Source of the DNA: Candidatus Hadarchaeota archaeon
GTDB lineage: Archaea; Hadarchaeota; Hadarchaeia; Hadarchaeales; Hadarchaeaceae
Reading direction: 5' to 3'
DNA: 58,126 nucleotides
Assembly: GCA_040755315.1 (NCBI GenBank)
Contig: JBFMBF010000005.1
Span: 1-58,126, forward strand
Shown here: one piece after another, positions 17,297-26,520 of the stretch
Layout of the letters: each line of letters begins with the position of its first letter
Numbering within the stretch: the first letter of the stretch is position 1
Notes under the pieces: generated by a model
Told to the model about the DNA's origin: nothing
Database searches by the model: none
The model's input: only the letters and a program-made list of their open reading frames with translations
Made by a program: the position numbers and the translations under genes

Positions 17297-18510
17297 TTCG
17301 CCTTCATCTTCTTCATGACAGTGTCAAAAATGGCTCGCGCGATTCCCTGCTTGGTTGCGCGAATGTGCTTTGTCTCGGAAGGTGTCAGGAGGACAACCTC
17401 GTTTGTGTCTGTTCCAAAGCCCGCACCAGCGCGAGAAACATCGTTGGCGACCACCATGTCAATCTTGTGCTCGCTCAGCTTTGCCCTGGCCACCGCCACA
17501 AGCTCCTTGTCTGTCACCCCGTGCTCGGCCTTGAACCCTATGACAAATGCTTTCGGCATTCGCCTCCTGACCTCGTCTAGCAGCCTTGGCGCCGGCTTCA
17601 GCTTCAGAGTGATCTCCCGGGTGTGTCGCAACTTGGCCTTTGACGGCTCCTTCACGACAAAGTCTTGGGGTGCTGCCGCGCACACCACTATGTCCGGCTT
17701 TTTCTGTAGCTCTCGGTCGAACGCCTCTTTCATCTCCTGCGTTGTCTGAACCCTGATGGTCCTAACGCCGGGCGGAGGAGTTTCGCCTCCAGGCCCGTAG
17801 ACGAGCGTGACTTCAGCCGCCCTCATGGAGGCCACACTGGCCAGCGCCAGCCCCATCTTTCCGGTGCTTCTGTTTGTGATAATCTTGATGGGGTCGATTT
17901 GCTCAACTGTTGGCCCAGCCGTGACCAGAACCTTAACCCCCTTCATGTCTTCCGGCCCGAGCAGGGCAATCACGAAGCTGACCAGACCCTCCACGGGCGG
18001 GAACTTGGCCCGTTCCTCCTCAATAACTGGCTCCAGCAGGTGGATTCCCGCCGCCCTGAGCCGTTCCAAACTCTCCTGGAAAAGCTTGTGCCTGTACATC
18101 GAGGCGTGCATGGCCGGAACCACCACCAGAGGTTTACGCAACCCCAGCGCGGCGGAGACGACCGATGTCACGGGTGTATCGTCCACGGCCCACGCGATCT
18201 TGCTGACTGTGTTCGCGGTAGCTGGCGCCACCACAATCAAGTCGGCCCACTGCGCCAGCTCCACATGCTCCAGTTTCCCCGTCAGCGCCGTAACTACCTC
18301 GTTGCCTGTCGCCCAGTGCATGAGCTGAGGAGTTATGAGCTCCGTGGCCTTCTGGGACATCACGACACGGACATCTGCGCCGTGCCTCATCAGTTCCCGC
18401 GCGAGTTCCGGGGACTTGACGGCCGCCACGCTGCTTGTGACGCAGAGGACTATCCTGCGCCCTTCCAGCTCCCTGCCCTTGGTGCCCCTAATGTCGTGTG
18501 AAGGGTGCAT
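17293..18510 (-). CDS. coaBC: Phosphopantothenoylcysteine decarboxylase/synthetase
   Basis: APATANT, PAMHASMY, TAGPT.E.IDP, NRSTGKMG, GFKAE, VANDV. Confidence 0.95.
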   Translation of the reverse strand: MHPSHDIRGTKGRELEGRRIVLCVTSSVAAVKSPELARELMRHGADVRVVMSQKATELITPQLMHWATGNEVVTALTGKLEHVELAQWADLIVVAPATANTVSKIAWAVDDTPVTSVVSAALGLRKPLVVVPAMHASMYRHKLFQESLERLRAAGIHLLEPVIEEERAKFPPVEGLVSFVIALLGPEDMKGVKVLVTAGPTVEQIDPIKIITNRSTGKMGLALASVASMRAAEVTLVYGPGGETPPPGVRTIRVQTTQEMKEAFDRELQKKPDIVVCAAAPQDFVVKEPSKAKLRHTREITLKLKPAPRLLDEVRRRMPKAFVIGFKAEHGVTDKELVAVARAKLSEHKIDMVVANDVSRAGAGFGTDTNEVVLLTPSETKHIRATKQGIARAIFDTVMKKMKAK

Positions 18511-18596
18511 AATTTCCTTACTACAAAACCATCGTTGCCTTTAAACCTGTTCCACTGCCCAGATATTGCTGGTTTTCAGAAGTAAACAGACGATTT

Positions 18597-18638
18597 AACG
18601 CCGTGCTATAATTCCAAAACGCCGTGCTATAATTCCAA
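18597..18638. repeat. Perfect 21-bp tandem duplication
   Basis: AACGCCGTGCTATAATTCCAA twice (18597-18617, 18618-18638). Confidence 0.9.
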
Positions 18639-18645
18639 GCACGTT

Positions 18646-19131
18646 TCATTGTACACGCGAAGTCTTCAGGATTTTTCCACGCTGGTCCATCTCCCCGTAC
18701 CTGATCCTTATTGAGGAAATGGGTCGCCCGTCCTCCGAAGCGACAAACGGGACTTCCACTACGGAAAGCTGCTGAAGCCCCTTCGACGCCCTCAGCCTGT
18801 TAAGTTCCTCGGCCTTCGGCCTAGTCTCTGGACTCACTACGATTGCCTCGGCACTCCTATCGCTGGCGGCTGGCCCGAATGGGTCAAACAGTACAACTAG
18901 TTTGGCGCGGGGCAGCCACCCCTTCTGCTTCAGAAAGTCCAACACCAACCACATCCTTACGGAAAGCGGCTGGATTCCTGCGGAGTCCTTCCTCAGCAAC
19001 TCCTGCATCTCGTCCGAGCAAATCCCAAGCTCCACCTCTTCTCCGATCTCAAAGGCCTTGCTCAGAAGCGCCGCATGGCCGTCATGAAAGTAGTCAAAAG
19101 TCCCGCCGACGACGACCTTCCTGAACTTCAA
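18646..19131 (-). CDS. coaD: Phosphopantetheine adenylyltransferase (archaeal)
   Basis: VGGTFDYFHDGH, DPFGPA, IVVSPET, ISSIRIR; TTG start overlaps the proA stop. Confidence 0.9.
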   Translation of the reverse strand: MKFRKVVVGGTFDYFHDGHAALLSKAFEIGEEVELGICSDEMQELLRKDSAGIQPLSVRMWLVLDFLKQKGWLPRAKLVVLFDPFGPAASDRSAEAIVVSPETRPKAEELNRLRASKGLQQLSVVEVPFVASEDGRPISSIRIRYGEMDQRGKILKTSRVQ

Positions 19132-20453
19132 TTGACTGCCTCGCTCCATTTCTTCCTGATTGGCCTGTGTGTGAAATGCCTCGCACGTGGCCCTGTATAG
19201 TCAGCAACCCTGTGCCCACGCCCGACCACGTAGTACTTCGTCGTCGTCAGCCCCTCCAGCCCCATCGGCCCCCGGGCGTGCAACTTCCCCGTGCTTATCC
19301 CAACCTCGGCCCCCAGCCCGTAACGGTAGCCGTCGCTGAACCTGGTTGATGCGTTGACCATCACGCTTGAGGAGTCCACGCCCGCCATGAACTCCAGTGC
19401 GGCCCGCCGGTCGGATGTGACGATGGCGTCAGTGTGCTTTGAGCCGTAGGTGTTGATGTGGTCAATCGCCTCCTGCAGCGAGTCCACAACCTTGACGGAA
19501 ATTATGAGGTCAAGGTACTCGGTCTTCCAGTCCCTCTCGGCTGCCGGCTTTATCCCCCTCAAAATCTTCCGCGTCCTATCGTCGCCCCTCATCTCGACTT
19601 TCGCCGCCCTGTAGCGGGACGCCAGCTTCGGAAGGAACTCCTTGGCGACCTTCGAATGCACGAGCAGCGTCTCGGCGGCGTTGCATACGGCCGGGTACTG
19701 AACCTTCGCATCATAGCTTATTTCAACAGCCTGCTTCAGGTCAGCATGCTCGTCTACATAAACATGGCAGATGCCCTCGGCGTGACCCAAAACAGGGATG
19801 TGGGTGTTGGCCTGGATGTACTTTATGAACTCGCTGCTTCCGCGCGGGATTAGCAGGTCTATCTGATTGTCCAACTTCAGGAGCTCATTCACCTCTTCTC
19901 TCCCCTCGATTAACTGTATCCAGCCCTCGGGAACACCGCTCGTCTCCGTCTCTTTTTTTATCAGTTCGTGGAGGGTGCGGTTGGAGTGCTTGGCCTCGCT
20001 GCCGCCTTTCAAGATGACGGCGTTTGCGGACTTTAAGCACAGCGACGAAATCTGCGGGAGGGCGTCCGGCCTCGCCTCGAAGACGGAACCGATGACCCCA
20101 ATCGGGCAAGTGACCTTGTAGACCTCCAGCCCCTTGTCCATCTCCATCGCGTAGACTGTCTTTCCTATTGGGTCCTTCAGCTTGGCGACGCTCTCCACCA
20201 TCTCAGCTATGCTGTCTATCTTCCCCTCGCCCAGCTTCAGCCTCTGGATGAATGCCTTTGAGACGGCCCCTCGCTGGCGGAGGGCCTCGGCCTCGCGCAG
20301 ATCCTCTGCGTTCGCCGCCCAGATTTTTTTCTTGGAATTTCTGATTGCTTTGGCCACGCTCATGAGGGCGTAACTCCTTACGCGGTCCGGAACCTTTGCC
20401 AACTTCAGCGAGGCCTCCCTCGCAGCCTTTGCTTTTTTTAGCACCTCGCCCAT
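19128..20453 (-). CDS. proA: Gamma-glutamyl phosphate reductase
   Basis: FEARP, LKGGSEA, CNAAETLL, NASTRFSDG, GISTGKLHARGPMGL. Confidence 0.96.
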   Translation of the reverse strand: MGEVLKKAKAAREASLKLAKVPDRVRSYALMSVAKAIRNSKKKIWAANAEDLREAEALRQRGAVSKAFIQRLKLGEGKIDSIAEMVESVAKLKDPIGKTVYAMEMDKGLEVYKVTCPIGVIGSVFEARPDALPQISSLCLKSANAVILKGGSEAKHSNRTLHELIKKETETSGVPEGWIQLIEGREEVNELLKLDNQIDLLIPRGSSEFIKYIQANTHIPVLGHAEGICHVYVDEHADLKQAVEISYDAKVQYPAVCNAAETLLVHSKVAKEFLPKLASRYRAAKVEMRGDDRTRKILRGIKPAAERDWKTEYLDLIISVKVVDSLQEAIDHINTYGSKHTDAIVTSDRRAALEFMAGVDSSSVMVNASTRFSDGYRYGLGAEVGISTGKLHARGPMGLEGLTTTKYYVVGRGHRVADYTGPRARHFTHRPIRKKWSEAVN

Positions 20454-21250
20454 CAGTCCACCCTCGGCAGAAACATTGTCCCGACTTCCTGTCCTTTGAT
20501 GATCCTGCCCAAAACATTCCTTGCAGCGGCGTTTGCTATCACAACTGCCGTGCCAGCCTCCGACGCCATGCGCGCGGCTTGTACTTTAGTAAACATCCCG
20601 CCAAATCCACCAGACGACTTTATGACGGCTCGCTCTATCTTGGGCGTGACCCTCCTGACCAGTGGAATAATGTGGCTTTTCCCGTCGCCCGGGGCACCGC
20701 TGTAGAGCCCGTCAACATCTGACAAAATCAGCAGCAGGTCGGCTTTGGCTCCCTTCGCTACATAGGCCGAGAGTATGTCGTTGTCCCCAAGCTTGATCTC
20801 TTCCACTGCCACGGTGTCGTTCTCGTTGATTATCGGGACCACTCCCCATTTCAGGAGCGTCGAAAGTGTGTTTTTGAAGTTGCCGTACCTGGCCGGGTCT
20901 GTGAAGTCCTCTGCCGAGAGAAGCATCTGGGCGGTCGGCTGCTTCCAGCGGCTGAAGTGCTTCTCGTATGTCTGCATCAGAAGCCCCTGGCCTACGGCTG
21001 CGGCCGCCTGCAGGAGCGGCAGCTGCTTGGGGCGCTTGGCCAGCCCCATCCTGCCCACTCCTGCCCCTACCGCGCCCGAAGTCACGACAAGCACATCCCT
21101 CCCCTGCTTCCGGAGGACCATGACATCCGAGACAAGCTTTCTAACCTTGCTCTCGTCGAGCTTGGAGTTGTCCGTTAGGCTCTTGGTACCGACCTTCACG
21201 ACTACCCGTCTGGCCTTCCTGAGTTCCTTCCTCCCTGAAATCACCTTCAC
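20453..21250 (-). CDS. proB: Glutamate 5-kinase (no PUA domain)
   Basis: VVKVGT, SGAVGAG, PIINENDTV, GDNDILSA, GGMFTK. Confidence 0.95.
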   Translation of the reverse strand: MKVISGRKELRKARRVVVKVGTKSLTDNSKLDESKVRKLVSDVMVLRKQGRDVLVVTSGAVGAGVGRMGLAKRPKQLPLLQAAAAVGQGLLMQTYEKHFSRWKQPTAQMLLSAEDFTDPARYGNFKNTLSTLLKWGVVPIINENDTVAVEEIKLGDNDILSAYVAKGAKADLLLILSDVDGLYSGAPGDGKSHIIPLVRRVTPKIERAVIKSSGGFGGMFTKVQAARMASEAGTAVVIANAAARNVLGRIIKGQEVGTMFLPRVD

Positions 21251-21449
21251 ACCTCAGTCAATCTTCCTGGCCTGGATAAATAAAAGTGCCTTTGTCGAGC
21301 GGCTTTACATTTTTACGGCGGCACCTTGAAGACGTGACTTTGCGGCCCCGAAAGTCGCCTCCGGCAAGGCATGAAAGTTTGGGGAAGTCAAACGCACATA
21401 TAACGTGGAGCTAGTTGGCAAGGGAGTAAAGCTGGATTGATGGTTCAGA

Positions 21450-22529
21450 TCAGCTTTTGCACCATTTTACAACATCGACGAAAAGATCGGCGCCGTCGGC
21501 TGGCTCCAGCAAGAACTCGTTCCCGCGCTTCTCATAGCGCTTCACCACAAGCTCTGGGTTGGCCTGCTCTTGCTTGAAGCCCTCAATCTCATTCAACTCA
21601 ACCGGCATCGAGATCAGCCCTGTTTTGTAATGCATGGAGTAAGGCGCCCTGACGTCCCCCATCGGCTTAATTATCGAGGCGTCGAGCAGGACCTTGCCCG
21701 CCCTCGCTTCCTTTTTAGCGGTCTCGGACGTCGTTAGACCTGGCAGCCTCTCCGACACTTTCGCCTCGGTAAAACGCACAATGTCGGCGTAAAATCCAAA
21801 GAAGTTCCTATCCCGTTTCCCTGCTCGCAGCTGCTTTGGTTGGTAATCCTTCGGGAGCTCGTGGGGCCTGAACTTCACCCAGACCTGAAAACCCCTTGAG
21901 CCGCTGAACTTCACAGCTAGCTTCACCCCGTAACCTTCGAGAACCTTTGCCGCGACCAGCACGACCTTTTTGGTCTGAACGACATCGACCTTTGCCCCGG
22001 CATCGAAGTCTATAACAAGCCAATCGGGGCGGTCGCTCCCAATCTTGTGGATGTATGGGATGAAGTCTATGCCATGGACATCCAGCCACTCCTCAATATC
22101 CTTCCGGCTTTTGATCGTGATGTACTTCTGCCCGAGCTTTCTCTGGAGCCAGGCCTTTCCCGTGAACAGCCTGAAGACAGAGACCCACCTGTCACGGCAA
22201 AACTCCAGCAGGGGTTCCGCGACATGTGGGTAGTATTGCTTGGCCCTGTAGATCTTCAGGTAGTCCTGGTTTAGCTTGTCCCTGATTTCTCGCCACCTCT
22301 TGTCAAAATGCCCCCGCCCCGCCTCAGTGATTGTGTACTCCTCAGCCTTTTCTTCCACGAGCTTTCTCATGATTAAACCTTCAAGCAGCTCTTTGACCTC
22401 CTTTTCGCTGAAGCTTCTCCCGGAGTCTCTGCTGACCTTCTCGCGAATGTGCGCCAGGTCAACAAACTTCCCCCGGCGCTTTATCGCAAGCGATGCCAAA
22501 ATATGGTCGTCTGGACCCGCCTTTTGCAT
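21450..22529 (-). CDS. LigD PolDom-like primase-polymerase with N-terminal winged-helix-like domain
   Basis: RPDWLVIDFD, KFSGSRGFQ, VLLD, APYSMH; N-terminal LI.RKLVEE...YTITEAG. Confidence 0.75.
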   Translation of the reverse strand: MQKAGPDDHILASLAIKRRGKFVDLAHIREKVSRDSGRSFSEKEVKELLEGLIMRKLVEEKAEEYTITEAGRGHFDKRWREIRDKLNQDYLKIYRAKQYYPHVAEPLLEFCRDRWVSVFRLFTGKAWLQRKLGQKYITIKSRKDIEEWLDVHGIDFIPYIHKIGSDRPDWLVIDFDAGAKVDVVQTKKVVLVAAKVLEGYGVKLAVKFSGSRGFQVWVKFRPHELPKDYQPKQLRAGKRDRNFFGFYADIVRFTEAKVSERLPGLTTSETAKKEARAGKVLLDASIIKPMGDVRAPYSMHYKTGLISMPVELNEIEGFKQEQANPELVVKRYEKRGNEFLLEPADGADLFVDVVKWCKS

Positions 22530-22555
22530 AGGCTCACCGTCCAGCTTACCTGATT

Positions 22556-22741
22556 TTACGCAGACGCCGTTATCTGCTCAAGCTTCCCGCCCAGCAGCTT
22601 CTTAGCGCAGTCCCAGCATGTAAAGCCAGCTTTTGGCTGGCCAGGCTTCACAACTTTCATGTAACCGGTGTCGTAACTCATCAGCTGCACGGTCTTGCCG
22701 CACATCTTGCATTTTGGCCCTTTTCCCGGCATATCCACCAA
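22556..22741 (-). CDS. Small CxxC..CxxC zinc-finger protein
   Basis: CKMC and CWDC; ATG alternative start at 22732. Confidence 0.6.
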   Translation of the reverse strand: MVDMPGKGPKCKMCGKTVQLMSYDTGYMKVVKPGQPKAGFTCWDCAKKLLGGKLEQITASA

Positions 22742-22793
22742 ATCAACTTGACAACCAGGGTTAATAACTTCCGCGCTTAAATCGCGTGAGAAA

Positions 22794-23453
22794 ATGCTGC
22801 CAATCCTGCATACACCAAAGATTGACCTTGAGGCCCTGATTAAAATTCAGGAAAAAATCGCGGGGCAGGTGAAACGCCGGGATGGTTTCACGGAACTGCG
22901 GAGGATCGCCGGCTGTGACATCTCTTTTGCCAGGAAAAATACCGCGTACGCCGCCTGCGTGGTGCTTGACTACCGAACCCTTGAAATTCTAGACAAAAAA
23001 GTGGTGAATGTCAAACTCGTGTTCCCCTACATCCCAACATTCCTCGCCTTCAGAGAAGTTGACGGCATGCTCAAGGCCGTGAAAGAAATGGAAGCTGAGG
23101 TTTACATGGTTGGGGCCCATGGGTTGGCCCACCCGCGGAGAGCCGGCCTGGCATGTCACCTTGGCGTAATTTTGGACAAACCAACTCTGGGGGCGGCAAA
23201 ATCAATTCTTGTGGGAAAAGCTGCGGTGCCCGCCAATCGCAGAGGCGCCCACACCTCCCTCAAGGACAAGGGGGAAGTCATCGGAGCCGCGGTAAGGTCA
23301 AAGGCTGGTTCAAAGCCGGTCTACGTGAGCATCGGCAACAAGCTCTCGCTGAAAACCGCGGTAAAAATCACGCTGGAAACAACGAGAGAACACAGGCTGC
23401 CGGAGCCCATCCAGATTGCCCACCAGCTGGCCACCAAAGCCATGAAGTCCTAG
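22794..23453 (+). CDS. nfi: Endonuclease V (one catalytic Asp substituted)
   Basis: AGCDISF, FPYIPTFLAFRE, HPRRAGLACH, PVYVSIG, RLPEP. Confidence 0.9.
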   Translation: MLPILHTPKIDLEALIKIQEKIAGQVKRRDGFTELRRIAGCDISFARKNTAYAACVVLDYRTLEILDKKVVNVKLVFPYIPTFLAFREVDGMLKAVKEMEAEVYMVGAHGLAHPRRAGLACHLGVILDKPTLGAAKSILVGKAAVPANRRGAHTSLKDKGEVIGAAVRSKAGSKPVYVSIGNKLSLKTAVKITLETTREHRLPEPIQIAHQLATKAMKS

Positions 23454-23486
23454 TTTTTAATAATGGCGCATATGTTGCATTGTGAA

Positions 23487-24323
23487 ATGATGAAAATCGG
23501 CCTGTCCACTCTGCTCTTCGTGAAAAGCTCGGTTGAAGATTCCGTCCGGATGATAGCCGAACTCGGAGCGGATTGCGTGGAGGTGATTTACGATGTGCCT
23601 CACTTCATGCACGACCACGACCCGCGCCAGCTCGGGGGGCTGAAGGAACTTGTAAACTCCTACGGCCTTGAGCCCTCTGTTCACAGCTGCTTCTGGGATC
23701 TCAACCCCGCCAGCCACTACCCAGAGGTGGAGGAATTCGCGCTGAAAAGAGTGAAACGCAGCATCGAGGCCTGTGAGCGTCTGGGCGGCAGGGTTGTGGT
23801 GGTGCACCCTGGCAGGGCGGCTATCCCAGAACTCGAGTGGTTCATGGAGACGGCGAGGAAGAAGTGCATGAAGTTTTTCGATGAGTGCGCCGCTTTCGCA
23901 CGGGACAGAGGAGTGAAGGTTGCAATCGAGAACATAGGCCTACCGTTTTTTGTATGCTCAAGTCCGGAAGAGCTTGGGGATATCGTGGACGGTCGGGATG
24001 GGTTAGGGATAACGTTGGACATTGGGCACGCTTACAGGAGAATAAAGTCCGCGGGTGTGCAAAACCCGGAGGAAAAAGTGGCCGAAATCATCGCCCGGCT
24101 GAGGAACAAGATAACCCACATCCACTTCCACGACAACCACGGCGAGAGCGACGAGCACCTGATCCCGGGGGAGGGAAGCATAGACTTCCGGCCCATTGTC
24201 GGCGCCATCAAGGGGATAAACTACAAGGGGCTTGTCGTTGTCGAGCTGTTTGACCCTGGGAATCCAGGCGAAGCCGGACGCAAGGGTCTGGAGAAGACAA
24301 AAAAACTATTGGGACCTCAGTAA
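23487..24323 (+). CDS. Xylose-isomerase/EndoIV-like TIM barrel metalloprotein
   Basis: VVHPG, IEN, LDIGH, HFHDN...DEHL.PGEG, VVE. Confidence 0.85.
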   Translation: MMKIGLSTLLFVKSSVEDSVRMIAELGADCVEVIYDVPHFMHDHDPRQLGGLKELVNSYGLEPSVHSCFWDLNPASHYPEVEEFALKRVKRSIEACERLGGRVVVVHPGRAAIPELEWFMETARKKCMKFFDECAAFARDRGVKVAIENIGLPFFVCSSPEELGDIVDGRDGLGITLDIGHAYRRIKSAGVQNPEEKVAEIIARLRNKITHIHFHDNHGESDEHLIPGEGSIDFRPIVGAIKGINYKGLVVVELFDPGNPGEAGRKGLEKTKKLLGPQ

Positions 24324-25894
24324 AATTCTGCGACCACCGTGGTGAAAACCGGCCCTCGAACATCTATGCGCTTCTTGTTTGCCGTGATGTAGCGCTGGGC
24401 CACTTCTTCTATCGTCAAATTGATGTCGCTCGGCAACTTGACGTTCCGCGCCCGGACCGTCAATTCTTTCTCACCTTTTCTGGCGCCCGTCTCTATTTCG
24501 CTTGCAGAGAGTGCCGCGAATGCATCCATGAACCTTATTCCCGTCTTAACCCCGCTCTCCCGCGCCTGTTTCAAGAACTCGTCGTCCTTCCAACCAGTTG
24601 GAGGAAGCCCGATTATGTTGCCGTCAAAGACGCAAACCTCGTTGAACCCCGCCGGGCCTATCAGCTTCGTCCCGCTCTCCGGTTCCACCACCTTCACCCT
24701 GACCCGCCTGCCAAGCAGCTCCCCCTCAAAAGCCGTGAACTCGCATGGGCTCGGCTTATCGGCGTGCTCCTCAGCCACCCGTGTTATCTCCGCCGCAATC
24801 TCCTTCCCAACCCCAGTCTCCGGTCCTCTCTCTACCCTCACCATTCCGGCCAGCTCCTGGTCAGAAAACTCGGCACGCTTGTACAGATGGGGGAGCACTA
24901 CCGCCCTTATGTCTTCCTCTCCACTTTCGATCATCAACATCCGCTCCAGCCCCATGCCAAGGTTGAACACAGGGTACGGTATGTCATAATTGCTGAGTGC
25001 CACGGGGCTGTAGAAGCCGCCGTCCCCGACCTCCACGGCTTCGCCAGTCTTCGGGTGCTCCACAAACACCTCAAACTCCGTGCCCGGCGCGTAATACTTG
25101 GACGTGGCTTTTTTCCTCTCCAGCCTGACGCCGCCAAACCCGAGCTTGGAAAGGACCAGCCGCGCCACCTTCTCCCCGTCCTGGAGGCTAATGCTTTCAG
25201 CCATTATAACTAGAGAAGCTGTCCAGGACTCGTAAAGGTGGCTCTTGTCCAGCTTCTGCTCCCTCCTGAACTTGGGACCGACAGTGAACAACTGGAGCGG
25301 AAGCCTCTCTCTGTGCTGAAGTTCCTTCAGCAGCCCGAACCATCCCGCAGTGGTGTGCGAGCGGAGCGTGAGGTCGGTGGGGACGGGGATGAGTTCCTTA
25401 AACTCAGGGAAGAGTGAAAGCACTGCCGTCGCCTCTTCACCTTTCAGCTCCAGCTCATGCATCATCACATCGACTAGGTCGTCCGAGGGTATTTTACCCA
25501 GTTTGTACCTCCTGAATATCTCCTGAAGCTTTTTCACGCTCTTTAGCCCGGTGATTTTTTTAATCCGCTGCAGCTTCTTCTGGCCAATCCCGATGTCCGG
25601 CCTCTCCAGCCCCGCCAGGAAGAAGACCCTGTCAAGGATGACCGGGGCCTCCGTCCCATACTGGGCATAGACTTCCCTCTTGTCCACAAGCATCGGCACA
25701 ACCACTTCCGTGAAACCCAGCTCGACGAGGGCCTTCCTCGTCCTCTCGATGATGTCGTAAAGCGGGTGCGAGGCGCCATTCCCCTTCAGCTGGAAAAGTT
25801 CTCCCTCCAACTCCACTAGCTTCCCGCCCTCGCCCCACGCCTTTTCAAAGTCCTTCTTGGCCAGTGCTCTCATCTTTTGAACGTCGAACTTCAT
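24317..25894 (-). CDS. sepS: O-phosphoseryl-tRNA(Cys) synthetase
   Basis: ILDRVFFLAGL.RPDIG, TLRSH.TAGWF, FRREQ, SKYY.PGT, YSPVAL..YDIPYPV.NLG.G.ER. Confidence 0.93.
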   Translation of the reverse strand: MKFDVQKMRALAKKDFEKAWGEGGKLVELEGELFQLKGNGASHPLYDIIERTRKALVELGFTEVVVPMLVDKREVYAQYGTEAPVILDRVFFLAGLERPDIGIGQKKLQRIKKITGLKSVKKLQEIFRRYKLGKIPSDDLVDVMMHELELKGEEATAVLSLFPEFKELIPVPTDLTLRSHTTAGWFGLLKELQHRERLPLQLFTVGPKFRREQKLDKSHLYESWTASLVIMAESISLQDGEKVARLVLSKLGFGGVRLERKKATSKYYAPGTEFEVFVEHPKTGEAVEVGDGGFYSPVALSNYDIPYPVFNLGMGLERMLMIESGEEDIRAVVLPHLYKRAEFSDQELAGMVRVERGPETGVGKEIAAEITRVAEEHADKPSPCEFTAFEGELLGRRVRVKVVEPESGTKLIGPAGFNEVCVFDGNIIGLPPTGWKDDEFLKQARESGVKTGIRFMDAFAALSASEIETGARKGEKELTVRARNVKLPSDINLTIEEVAQRYITANKKRIDVRGPVFTTVVAEFY

Positions 25895-26499
25895 GTTTTC
25901 CCCTTCAGGGCGCGCTCAAGCCTCTCCTGCCTGAGGGCTATCGTCAGATCGCCGCGCGTCTTCTCGATTATCTGGCGGGCGGCGTCCTGCTTCCTCCTCA
26001 TCCCGGGCAGGACAGCATCTGCATAGTCAAACTCCATCATGAACTCGAACATCTCCTCCATGAACTTTAGAGTCGCCTCCGCTTTTTTCACGTCCCCAGC
26101 CCTTATGGAATCGAGCGCCATCCTCCTAAGCTCCCCGACGGCATCCGCCATTCCAGAAAGGTACGGCTTGTAGGGCACCCCTACCTCGTCGGGAGAAACC
26201 AGCTTACCCTTCAGAGCAATTCCCCTTACCAGCTCCGCTTCGGCGTACTCCTGCTGTGCGGCAAAAATTATTCCGGAAGAAGCAAGTTCCTGGTCGCCTT
26301 TCACAAGCTTGAGGGCGGCCGCCAGCTTGCCCTTGGCATCCGCCAAGAACTTCTGACTCAGAGCCCTGTCGTTCCTGTGTATGGCGCTTATCGCTCGCGA
26401 AGAACTCCTTATAACTTCCCTTGACATCTCTGAAACTTTTTCCCTGAGTCCCGCCTGTGAGTCAAAATGCCCGCGCATTTTTCCTAGCAGTTTTTTCAT
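25891..26499 (-). CDS. Translin/TRAX (C3PO) family protein
   Basis: QQEYAEA, YL.G.ADAVGELRR, RRKQD.AR..IEKT. Confidence 0.88.
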   Translation of the reverse strand: MKKLLGKMRGHFDSQAGLREKVSEMSREVIRSSSRAISAIHRNDRALSQKFLADAKGKLAAALKLVKGDQELASSGIIFAAQQEYAEAELVRGIALKGKLVSPDEVGVPYKPYLSGMADAVGELRRMALDSIRAGDVKKAEATLKFMEEMFEFMMEFDYADAVLPGMRRKQDAARQIIEKTRGDLTIALRQERLERALKGKT

Positions 26500-26520
26500 G
26501 GGTCCCGACCGGGTTGGCCT

